Of a DNA stretch of 32,000 bases, positions 10,988 to 19,401 are shown one piece after another. A program made the translations under genes and the position numbers. This DNA is from Wolbachia endosymbiont of Cimex lectularius. Lineage in GTDB: Bacteria; Pseudomonadota; Alphaproteobacteria; Rickettsiales; Anaplasmataceae. Below the pieces are notes generated by a model. That model was not told the DNA's origin. It did not search any database and saw nothing but the letters and a program-made list of their open reading frames with translations. The first letter of the stretch is position 1. Each line of letters starts with the position of its first letter. The stretch is from the NCBI RefSeq assembly GCF_000829315.1, contig NZ_AP013028.1:360001-392000 (forward strand), in the 5' to 3' direction.

Positions 10988-11211
10988 ATGACAAGAAAAC
11001 TTGTATTTGGCGTACTATTGTTTAATTTTTCGCACTATGTGCACTGCATGTCTTTTTAAAACTTCGGGTTTTTACCCATACAAGCTGAAACGCGCTTATA
11101 AGTCGTTTAAGACATCACCCAACGCCGGATTTTAAAATAGAGAGTGGAATAACTAGCTACCTCGGGGTTTTATCGTCCTTTTCTTCTGCCTGGTAAATTT
11201 CTTAAATATTT
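10988..11211 (-). repeat. Composite intergenic repeat, copy R1
   Basis: Reverse complement contains ATATTTAAGAAATTTACCAGGCAGAAGAAAAGG...ACCCCGAGGTAGCTAGTTATT...GATGTCTTAAACGACTTATAAGCGCGTTTCAGCTTGTATGGGTAAAAACCCGAAGTTTTAAAAAGACATGCAGTGCACATAGTGCG...ACGCCAAATAC. Matches 27340-27562 over essentially its full length. Confidence 0.85.
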
Positions 11212-11220
11212 ATTATTAAA

Positions 11221-11371
11221 GTAGTATCCTGGATCTCAGTATCAAGTACTGGGATGACAAGAAAAGGCTGTTTGGATGACACCATCATAAAGGAACCAGT
11301 GTCTGCTACTTGGATGACAAGATGAGGGATGCTGGAATAACACCATTGTTGACTGGCAAGATACTGTAAAA
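11221..11371. repeat. Degenerate palindromic repeat cluster (Wolbachia-palindromic-element-like)
   Basis: CCTGGATCTCAGTATCAAGTACTGGGATGACA...GGATGACACC...CCAGTGTCTGCTACTTGGATGACA...GGGATGCTGGAATAACACC are diverged copies of the consensus seen in purL and mnmG. Confidence 0.7.
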
Positions 11372-11424
11372 GTCCCAATAGTAGCCTTACCGTCAACGAT
11401 GAGCCTTCAGAATCTGTTGCTGGC

Positions 11425-14217
11425 TCACAACCACTCCCCTAGCCTTTCTAGTTGTTTATAGCTGTTAAACCTTAGGAATTTATCAAAATATGGAGAGGCA
11501 ATAAAGGGAGTGGCCTCTCTTAAATAATTAGATAAAAAATTCGGTAGATTATCTTGAAATTCCTGCATTTTTTGTCTGTAATCCTTCAAAGCAATAACCT
11601 TTATTTTATCATAGTCAAGTTTCCAATAAGCAAGTTCTGAAACTTCTCTTTTTGTTATATGTTCTACCGCTAAGGCTTGTAAAATTAATTGCGGAAAAAA
11701 TCCTGACATAACTTCTTCATTGGAAGGTGGTGAACCAAGTTTATAGTCTATAATTGCTACTTGCCCATTTGGCAGATATTCAACTCTGTCGCATCTTGCT
11801 GTCAGTGAAATTTTTTGTAACTTCTCTGTCATTCTATCCCTTTCTTTTTTCATGCAAGTAGCTGACATTGGACTCCTGTTTTCATTATACAATTGCTTAA
11901 AGTTTTCTGGATCCCAGTGTCTGGGCACTGGGATGACACCCTTCTTCTTAGTGGAAGTTGTACAGCATTCGCGCAGTTGCGTGTCATGCGCTGGAATGAC
12001 ACCAATATGAAATATCGGACAGGAAAAGCTCTTTTCCAACTCAACATAATTGCTTCGAGTCTCATCAAATTCGACAAAAGATTGAATTATCCTCTGCAAC
12101 CTTACCCACCACATATTTGAAAAATTAAACTGACTAGTCAAGAACGCTTCTCGTGCAATGCTCATCAGCGACTTTTTGTTGCGTAAATATCCTGCAAGAA
12201 TGTTGTGTACCATAGTGCCAAATTCCAATATCGATGGCTTAAAATTCAAGTCTCTTAATTGTTTAAGGTTCAGTATATATTCAACGTAAAATGAATAAGG
12301 ATTACGAATTAGCTTTTCTATTGCACTGCAAGACATCACCCGCATTTTTTCTTTTCTAACTTCGGTTTGAGGTTTTGGCATAGGCTGTGCACACGGAACA
12401 ACACATTCAGGTGTATTTAATATTCTTAGCCAATCGCGATAAGGATATTTTGATCCCTGTAACAGAATCTCTAAGCGCTGCAATAGAATTGGTTTCCTGT
12501 TGCTCAGTAATCTTGTGATGTATACTTTACTTGCACCAAATAAACTGCGCAGAGTATATAAAAAGCACCCCTGCTCCTCTTGCACGGAAGGAAGGTCGAA
12601 TTTTTCTCTCATCAGCGCATTCAAAAACGGATTTTGAAAACTTGGCATATCATAAAATCCAGCAAGTATTACAACTTTATTGTGATATAAACTGAATCTA
12701 TTGAAGTCGCTTGCTACAGAAAAAAACTCTTTCTTCACAAATAAGGTTAGGATTTGGCTATATAACTCTAGGGAACACTCAATCGTCATGTCCTCACATG
12801 CATTTAAGAAACCACGGGTAAAATTACTTACTTCATTATTTAGCCCTGAAAAATCTACCCAAGAAAGCAAATTAATACACTGCAAGTGAGCTGTTACCAC
12901 ATTAGAAACAGGGCAATTTATAGAATTAAGTAAAGGATTAAATATAACTTCTAACTTATTGATAATAATCAATATATCTTCTTTATATTTTAGCTTTTCA
13001 TGGGCATTAATAGCATTTATAATACTGCTTCGGCCGTTCGTACTGAAGCTGCGTAATATCTCTATCTCAAACTCAGATAGAATTCGAGTGTACTCTTCCT
13101 GAGTGTAACCAAAAGTCACTAGCCTATGTTTAAGAAGAGAAAGCAGTGCCACGCTGTTCCAATTTGAGGTCAAAACTTCAATACTATAAAGCAGAAGCGT
13201 TATGTAAGAATAGTTTTCCGACATGGAACACGCCATACGAGTTGCCAGTAATTTATCAAAGACAAACAAAGAAACGTTTTCATAACCTTCATTCTCTATA
13301 ATTAGTGACGTCACTTGTGCTTCTTCCTCCCTCGAATCACAAGTGATGACTTCGATATTTCCAATGCACTCATCGCTAACCTTGCTAAGATCAGCAGTTG
13401 TATCAAAGATGTAATCAATAATTTCGTTGTCCACAGTGTTCAAGCAGATAACATTTTTCCTATCTACATTTAAATAATCGAGCAGATCTTTCAGGCAATA
13501 TTGATAGTGTTTTTTATCAAGTGATTTCCAGTCTTTCTCTTCAATTTTCAGATTCAGGTTAGGTAAAATTATCTTCCCAAGTGGTAGGTCATATATAGCC
13601 TTAATCAATAACTTGTAGATTTCACCCTTTCCAATTCCAACAAAGATTATATGTTGATCTTTCTGCAGAGAGGCTATCATATTGTTTATGTAGTCACTTT
13701 TATGTTCTAGTATATCTACTACTCCCAGATCTTTTAAAGTGTTACTCCAGGTTTTGACAAGTAAGTTTATGAAATTCTCTATTTTCTTTGAGTGCTCATC
13801 GAACTGACAATAATCCGCTATTTGGGTATATTGGATCTTATCAAGTAGTGATGGCAAGCTATAAGCCAAGTCAATGGGAAAATTATCATTGTTTTCTTTA
13901 TTCCACTCCAATATGAATTGAATCAACAGCAGTGTCCTTTTTGTCGGCTTGATAACTTTAACTCTATCAAGATTTAATATTAAATCTTCTTCATCAATGC
14001 TCTCTAGCGAAACTATCTCTGGTAAAATTATGCATTTTTTAGCGCTGCAATTCTTGAATGCACTCAGCAACGCTATCACATCCCTCTTGCAAGGAAGGAT
14101 GACCTTTACCTTGGGAATTTCTTCTTTTCCATACTCAGAAAATATGTGCTGAGCCAGCACATCAAAAAAGGATTCATCTACCTCAGCAGTAAAAACTCTT
14201 CCCATAAAAAATGACAA
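11425..14217 (-). CDS. addB: AddB-like double-strand break repair protein with a C-terminal PD-(D/E)XK nuclease domain
   Basis: 930 aa. C-terminal MSCSAIEKLIRNPYSFYVEYILNLKQLRDLNF...FGTMVHNILAGYL...ARCDRVEYLPNGQVAIIDYKLGSPPS is an AddB/RecB-type nuclease motif. Confidence 0.8.
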   Translation of the reverse strand: MSFFMGRVFTAEVDESFFDVLAQHIFSEYGKEEIPKVKVILPCKRDVIALLSAFKNCSAKKCIILPEIVSLESIDEEDLILNLDRVKVIKPTKRTLLLIQFILEWNKENNDNFPIDLAYSLPSLLDKIQYTQIADYCQFDEHSKKIENFINLLVKTWSNTLKDLGVVDILEHKSDYINNMIASLQKDQHIIFVGIGKGEIYKLLIKAIYDLPLGKIILPNLNLKIEEKDWKSLDKKHYQYCLKDLLDYLNVDRKNVICLNTVDNEIIDYIFDTTADLSKVSDECIGNIEVITCDSREEEAQVTSLIIENEGYENVSLFVFDKLLATRMACSMSENYSYITLLLYSIEVLTSNWNSVALLSLLKHRLVTFGYTQEEYTRILSEFEIEILRSFSTNGRSSIINAINAHEKLKYKEDILIIINKLEVIFNPLLNSINCPVSNVVTAHLQCINLLSWVDFSGLNNEVSNFTRGFLNACEDMTIECSLELYSQILTLFVKKEFFSVASDFNRFSLYHNKVVILAGFYDMPSFQNPFLNALMREKFDLPSVQEEQGCFLYTLRSLFGASKVYITRLLSNRKPILLQRLEILLQGSKYPYRDWLRILNTPECVVPCAQPMPKPQTEVRKEKMRVMSCSAIEKLIRNPYSFYVEYILNLKQLRDLNFKPSILEFGTMVHNILAGYLRNKKSLMSIAREAFLTSQFNFSNMWWVRLQRIIQSFVEFDETRSNYVELEKSFSCPIFHIGVIPAHDTQLRECCTTSTKKKGVIPVPRHWDPENFKQLYNENRSPMSATCMKKERDRMTEKLQKISLTARCDRVEYLPNGQVAIIDYKLGSPPSNEEVMSGFFPQLILQALAVEHITKREVSELAYWKLDYDKIKVIALKDYRQKMQEFQDNLPNFLSNYLREATPFIASPYFDKFLRFNSYKQLERLGEWL
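11840..12020. repeat. In-frame palindromic-element insertion within addB
   Basis: GGATCCCAGTGTCTGGGCACTGGGATGACACC...GCGTGTCATGCGCTGGAATGACACC encodes GVIPAHDTQLRECCTTSTKKKGVIPVPRHWDPE, between ELEKSF and LTARCDRVEYLP. Boundaries approximate. Confidence 0.75.
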
Positions 14218-14304
14218 CTAGTATGATGTTTTATTGTACAGTAAAATATAAATGTGCTCACAGTTTCTTATGCTATTATATATTAAAATCTTTCATAACA
14301 TTAC

Positions 14305-17300
14305 ATGACAAACATCAGAATAGAAGTTTTAAACAAATGTAAGCAAATTGGCAATAGATGGCTAGTCAACGTTTATTTGATTTATATAAATAAAGAATTA
14401 CCATCAAAATTACATGAAGAAATCTGTGGGCTATTTTATAATGGAATTATACAAGATTGCCGCCATTACCTTTACAACAAAGATCTTGAAGAAGTTCAAT
14501 ATGATTTCATAGAACCGCAAGCTGAGTGGGGCTTGGAAATAAGCTTCTTGCCTGGCATGAACGATAATGTAGGCAACACGGCAAAACAGATTGTCAGAGA
14601 GTATTTAATTAGCAAAGGCTATATCGACCAGCCTGTCATCCCAGTGCTTGACACTGGGATCCAGAAAGAGAAAACGCAGATTCCAGCGTCACGCGCTGGA
14701 ATGACACCAATTGAGATCAAAGCAAGAAGTTCAAAATTGATCTTGGGTAAAGGGAGCATAGCAACCGAAGATGATATAGAATTCAACCCTATCACTGAGT
14801 ATTGCACGTTTATTTATAAGAAAAACGGCAATTGTCATTGGAGGCACTGCGGTAAACAAAATACCCCACCTGGTGTCATTCCAGCACGTGACGCTGGAAT
14901 CTATGGATCCCAGTGTCGGGGCACTGGGATGACAAGAGAGGGTACTGGGATGACAGAGAGCGGTACTAAATCTGTCAACCTCAATGTGAGTGACCAAGAG
15001 CTTGAAAAGATCAGCAGAGATGGAATCGATGGTAATGGCACTTTAGGGTTCTCTCTCGCAGCAATGAAAGCTATAAAGGATTACTTCAATAAACTTGGTA
15101 GAAATCCCTATGATATTGAACTTGAGTCCCTAGCGCAGACTTGGTCTGAACATTGTAAGCACAATATTTTTTGTTCTCCCATTGATGAAATAAAAGATGG
15201 CCTATATGCACATTATATTAAGCGTGCAACGCGTGAGATAAACTCTGACATATGCGTATCAGTTTTCTCCGACAACGCAGGAGGAATAATTTTTAACGAT
15301 GATTACTTGATTGTGGATAAAGTTGAAACTCATAATAGCCCTTCAGCTCTCGATCCATTTAGTGGAGCAATGACTGGAGTGCTTGGAGTTAACCGCGATA
15401 TACTGGGCTTTGGCAAAGGTGCAGTGCCTATAATGAATACCTACTATTTTTGCTTTGCCAAAAAAGCAAAAGGCAAACTTTATAGAGATAAAGAGCGCAC
15501 TGATGAAATTTTGCCACCAAAATATATCATGAAAGAAGTAATTCACGGTGTTAATGTTGCTGGCAATTGCTCTGGCATTCCAACACAACTTGGATCGGTA
15601 TATTTTGACGATAGATTTTGCGGAAAACCGTTGGTCTTTGTTGGAAGTGTTGGAATTATTCCGCGCAATATAAATAATGCACCTTCACACATTAAAAAGC
15701 CCCAAAATGGAGACAAAATTGTAATTATTGGTGGAAGGGTTGGAAGAGATGGAATTCACGGGGCAACGTTTTCTTCGGAGGCACTATCGGGAAACAGCCC
15801 TTCAACAGTTGTGCAAATTGGTGACCCTATAACGCAAAAAAAATTGTCCAATGCCGTCATAGAGGCAAGAGATCTTGGTCTTTACAATGCAATAACAGAC
15901 AATGGAGCGGGTGGCCTATCGTCGTCTATCGGTGAAATGGGAAAGAATGGATTTGAAGTCAATTTAAGCAAGGTTCCACTTAAAAACGATGGTATGGCCC
16001 TATGGGAAATATGGATATCAGAATCACAAGAGAGAATGACCTTAGCAGTGTCAGAAGAAAATCTGCCTGCGTTTAAGCAAATCATGAAAAAACACGATGT
16101 GGAAGTCAGCGTAATTGGAGAGTTTAATAGTACGGGTGTGTCAACAGTTCGATTCGCTTCCGCTTCACCGATAATGAATATCGAAACTGAGTTCCTACAT
16201 AATGGCAATCCTAAAATGCATTTACAGACAAAGCTGTGGTCTAAGGGGCCTACAGCACCCTTTTCTGTCATCCCAGCGCTTGAACAGGCTTTACCTATTT
16301 TTGAGAAATATTATGGTCCTGATCATTTTAAAGTTGTTAAACCACTGGCAGGTCTCACTGGAATCCAGAAAAAAGAAGAATGGATCCTAGTGTCAAGCAC
16401 TGGGATGACACCACATCAAGAAACTGAACTAAAAGAAATGCTGAGCAGACCAAACATTTGTGGCAAAGAGTTCATAGTGGTGCAATATGACCATGAAGTT
16501 CAGGGATCGTCAGTGCTGAAACCATTGCAGGGCAAAGGAAGAGTGTGTAGCGAAGCTGTTGTTTCAAGACCAGTTCTTTCTTCAAACAAAGGTGTTGTGA
16601 AATCACAGGGGTTTGGCTCAAGTTATGGGGAAATTGACACTTACCATATGGCAGCATGCGCGATTGACACTGCCATACGCAACTATGTAGCTGCAGGAGG
16701 AGATATAAATCATCTAGCGTTGCTCGATAATTTTTGCTGGTGTGATGCTCATAATCCAGAAAGGCTGTGGCAACTAAAGAGAGCCGCGGAGGCTTGTTAT
16801 GACTTTGCAACTGCATTTCAAACCCCATTCATATCCGGAAAAGATAGCATGTTCAACGACTTCAAAGGGTACGATGAAAATGGCAAGGAAGTGATGATCT
16901 CTGCGCCACCTTCATTACTTATTTCAGCAATTGGAGTTATAGAAAATATTGAAAATGCGGTATCACTTGACGTGAAGATGCCAGGAGACTTGATATATGT
17001 GCTTGGTATAACATACGACGAACTTGGTAGATCTGAGTATCAGTTATACAGTGGAATAGATAATAACAACGTACCAAAAGTCGATGCAAAGAGCGCCAGG
17101 AAGTTGTATGAGTGCTACAACCTTGCAATAAAAGATGGCATAATTGCTTCTGCAATTGCACCAAATCTGGGAGGATTGGCTGTTGCTCTGGCAAAATCGC
17201 TAATTGCAGGAGATCTCGGTGCTGAAATTGATCTCTCACTAGTGCCAGTAGGGAAAACACAAAATACAGATATAATAAACAAGATAATAATGTTTTCTGA

Positions 17301-17481
17301 ATCCCAAAGTAGAATTTTGGTTACTATTGCCCCGCAAAATCAGCAGAGATTTGAAGAATTGTTTAAAGGTATAGCTTTTTCGTGTATCGGCAAAGTGACA
17401 GAGGAAAAAACCCTAAATATAAAGGGTATCTTAAAAGTAGATCTAAAAGATTTAGGGAACAGCTATCGTAGCATAGTATAG
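14305..17481 (+). CDS. purL: Phosphoribosylformylglycinamidine synthase (large form, with in-frame repeat insertions)
   Basis: LAQTWSEHCKHNIF, VDKVETHNSPSALDPFSGAMTGVLGVNRD, GKPLVFVGSVGIIP, GDKIVIIGGRVGRDGIHGATFSS, SPSTVVQIGDPITQKK. Start codon uncertain (GTA/ATG region around 14305; no upstream alternative checked). Confidence 0.95.
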   Translation: MTNIRIEVLNKCKQIGNRWLVNVYLIYINKELPSKLHEEICGLFYNGIIQDCRHYLYNKDLEEVQYDFIEPQAEWGLEISFLPGMNDNVGNTAKQIVREYLISKGYIDQPVIPVLDTGIQKEKTQIPASRAGMTPIEIKARSSKLILGKGSIATEDDIEFNPITEYCTFIYKKNGNCHWRHCGKQNTPPGVIPARDAGIYGSQCRGTGMTREGTGMTESGTKSVNLNVSDQELEKISRDGIDGNGTLGFSLAAMKAIKDYFNKLGRNPYDIELESLAQTWSEHCKHNIFCSPIDEIKDGLYAHYIKRATREINSDICVSVFSDNAGGIIFNDDYLIVDKVETHNSPSALDPFSGAMTGVLGVNRDILGFGKGAVPIMNTYYFCFAKKAKGKLYRDKERTDEILPPKYIMKEVIHGVNVAGNCSGIPTQLGSVYFDDRFCGKPLVFVGSVGIIPRNINNAPSHIKKPQNGDKIVIIGGRVGRDGIHGATFSSEALSGNSPSTVVQIGDPITQKKLSNAVIEARDLGLYNAITDNGAGGLSSSIGEMGKNGFEVNLSKVPLKNDGMALWEIWISESQERMTLAVSEENLPAFKQIMKKHDVEVSVIGEFNSTGVSTVRFASASPIMNIETEFLHNGNPKMHLQTKLWSKGPTAPFSVIPALEQALPIFEKYYGPDHFKVVKPLAGLTGIQKKEEWILVSSTGMTPHQETELKEMLSRPNICGKEFIVVQYDHEVQGSSVLKPLQGKGRVCSEAVVSRPVLSSNKGVVKSQGFGSSYGEIDTYHMAACAIDTAIRNYVAAGGDINHLALLDNFCWCDAHNPERLWQLKRAAEACYDFATAFQTPFISGKDSMFNDFKGYDENGKEVMISAPPSLLISAIGVIENIENAVSLDVKMPGDLIYVLGITYDELGRSEYQLYSGIDNNNVPKVDAKSARKLYECYNLAIKDGIIASAIAPNLGGLAVALAKSLIAGDLGAEIDLSLVPVGKTQNTDIINKIIMFSESQSRILVTIAPQNQQRFEELFKGIAFSCIGKVTEEKTLNIKGILKVDLKDLGNSYRSIV
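14631..14709. repeat. Palindromic-element insertion 1 in purL
   Basis: CCTGTCATCCCAGTGCTTGACACTGGGATCCAG...CCAGCGTCACGCGCTGGAATGACACCA encodes [25 protein letters not shown]. Confidence 0.85.
14865..14962. repeat. Palindromic-element insertion 2 in purL
   Basis: GGTGTCATTCCAGCACGTGACGCTGGAATCTATGGATCCCAGTGTCGGGGCACTGGGATGACAAGAGAGGGTACTGGGATGAC encodes GVIPARDAGIYGSQCRGTGMTREGTGM. Confidence 0.85.
16361..16421. repeat. Palindromic-element insertion 3 in purL (diverged)
   Basis: CTGGAATCCAGAAAAAAGAAGAATGGATCCTAGTGTCAAGCACTGGGATGACACC encodes TGIQKKEEWILVSSTGMT. A partial arm, GTCATCCCAGCGCTTGA, sits upstream at 16267-16283. Confidence 0.65.
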
Positions 17482-17568
17482 AATATTTTTTTTATTATGC
17501 TAAATAACTCTTTTACTATAAGCAATGTTTATTTAGAATGGATGTATGTTATTAAATTTTGGTAGATT

Positions 17569-18081
17569 ATGTCTATTTTATCAATACTCTTGTTCATCAG
17601 TCTTTCTTTACTTAACAATTCAAATAAATTGATGATATGCGCTGCCCTAGTTACGGGAGCTGCTCTAGCTGTAAATTCAATGGTTAAGTTCTACGGCAAA
17701 AGAGAAGCTATATGTAGCTTAATAACGTGCACAGTGTTATGTTGTGTTCTTAAATGGCAAAATTTTAGCCCAATGATACTAATTTCATACACCGCAATTT
17801 TAGTATCCCTTCTTTCAAGTATCATTATTTTTGAAAAATTAAAGTCTAGGTTTGACTTTCATATAACAAATTTCATTGCTTTAATTATAGCATCAGTAGT
17901 TGACAGTACTGTTGTATATGTCGGGTTACTACACAAATTCCCCGCAGGTAAATGCTTATCGATATACATTAGAGATTTAGCTTTCAAATTTTCTTGTATA
18001 TCAATATTAAGTATCTGCTTACTAGTAGCAACACGTTTATTCCGCTGGGCAAAGAAGAAGCATATTAAGCTTTTCGCGTAA
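17569..18081 (+). CDS. Integral membrane protein of the VUT/YhhQ (queuosine precursor transporter) type, tentative
   Basis: 170 aa, multiple TM segments. FDFHITNFIALIIASVVDSTVVYVGLL resembles the YhhQ region containing a conserved D within a TM. Family assignment is from pattern only. Confidence 0.45.
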   Translation: MSILSILLFISLSLLNNSNKLMICAALVTGAALAVNSMVKFYGKREAICSLITCTVLCCVLKWQNFSPMILISYTAILVSLLSSIIIFEKLKSRFDFHITNFIALIIASVVDSTVVYVGLLHKFPAGKCLSIYIRDLAFKFSCISILSICLLVATRLFRWAKKKHIKLFA

Positions 18082-18225
18082 CCTGTTTTCGTGGCAGTAG
18101 TGCCACGTTTCTCAAGCCACATCGCCAGTAAACGTTGGCTAAGCTTAAATCTGCTACAGTAACTTCAAAATATATTGACTTTATGTACAATATTAGCTTT
18201 AAACCAGTAAAGTAGGTTTCAACAC

Positions 18226-18876
18226 ATGCGCTTTCTTTGTTCTAACTATGTTCTTTTTTTGTCTTTATGTTATCTTTCATTTTTTCTGTTACCTTCAATA
18301 GAGGCCCAAACAAACGATACGCCAGCAGCAAAATTTGCCCCCACACCACAAAGGAAAAAAAAGGTAGTTGAGCAACTGAGTACCGACGTTATGAAACAAA
18401 CAGCACAACCGAGGCAAATCATAGAAATGCAAGAAGAAGTCAACATTGACGAAAGCAGTCCAATTCCAAAAAGAAAAAAAAGTGTAGGTACAAAGCCGGA
18501 AGATGCAGTAAAGCCTAGAGAAACAGAGAATGAAATAAAAAGCGAAAAGAGTGTTGAGAGCAAAAAGAACGAGTTAGTTGTAGCAGAAATTATTAACTCT
18601 ATAAGAGAAAAGCTAACAAAATGCTGGAGTATCCCTGAAAGTGTAGCTTACAAAGAAAATTTTAGTATAAAAATCAATCTATTATTATCCAATCAAGGTG
18701 AAATAATTATGGCTGATGTAGCAGACAGTAGCTCCTACAAAAATAATCCACTTTTCAGGTCAATAGCAGATAGTGCAATGCGTGCAGCATATAAATGTAG
18801 CCCAATAACTGGCTTGCCTGCCAAGCATTACCACATTTGGCGTGAAGTGACACTAGACTTTATTCTAAATGGGTAA
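18226..18876 (+). CDS. TolA-like envelope protein (Pro/Lys/Glu-rich linker plus TolA/TonB-type C-terminal domain)
   Basis: N-terminal hydrophobic segment; low-complexity K/E/P linker; C-terminal IREKLTKCWSIPESVAYKENFSIKINLLLSNQGEIIMADV...AAYKCSPITGLPAKHYHIWREVTLDF resembles TolA domain III. Confidence 0.65.
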   Translation: MRFLCSNYVLFLSLCYLSFFLLPSIEAQTNDTPAAKFAPTPQRKKKVVEQLSTDVMKQTAQPRQIIEMQEEVNIDESSPIPKRKKSVGTKPEDAVKPRETENEIKSEKSVESKKNELVVAEIINSIREKLTKCWSIPESVAYKENFSIKINLLLSNQGEIIMADVADSSSYKNNPLFRSIADSAMRAAYKCSPITGLPAKHYHIWREVTLDFILNG

Positions 18877-19110
18877 AATCTTACAAAAAACTGCTCACAT
18901 GCAATCCAAGTAGCTCATAGAAATAGAACTAAAAAAACTACTTGACAAATTTCTCCGTATCTGTTCAACGGAATGATAAAATGAGATAGACAAGATGCTC
19001 TAAAAAAGTAATCATATAGTAAAAGTGAGTTTACAGCAAAGGGTGTCATGCTAGTGCTTGACACCCAGCTGTACGAACATTGCAATTAGCAGGTAATTTG
19101 CGTAACAGAC

Positions 19111-19255
19111 GGTGTCATGCCAGTGCTCGACACTGGGATCCAGCCTTTCCATAATATCAAAACGTCGTATTTTAACATAAAACAGCTACTTTTATACTCA
19201 CAAACTTAATAAAATTCCTGGATGCCAGTGTCGGCTACTTGCATGACACCCTAGT
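19111..19255. repeat. Intergenic repeat unit flanked by palindromic elements, copy A
   Basis: GGTGTCATGCCAGTGCTCGACACTGGGATCCAGCCTTTCCATAAT..CAAAACGTCGTATTTTAACATAA...TTTTATACTCACAAACTTAATAAAATTCCTGGATGCCAGTGTC...GCATGACACCCTA. Matches 26990-27135. Confidence 0.85.
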
Positions 19256-19401
19256 GGTAGGCTCAAATCACAATGTTCGTACAGTTGTGACTTGATGGTA
19301 GAAATTGTAGAGAGAAATTTTATACACAATCGCTGACATTTTTCCTTAAGTTAACGTCATTGCCTGAATAGATACAATGCTTTTGTTTCTTAAAACTTGA
19401 A

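Noticed and set aside
10850-11424. Possible CRISPR-like array because of repeated GGATGACA/TGGGATGAC motifs
   Set aside because: The motifs are palindromic-element arms at irregular spacing with no constant-length repeats or spacers and no cas genes.
14619-17260. Minus-strand ORFs over purL, including 129-aa and 118-aa ones
   Set aside because: Antisense to purL; composition follows the sense codons.
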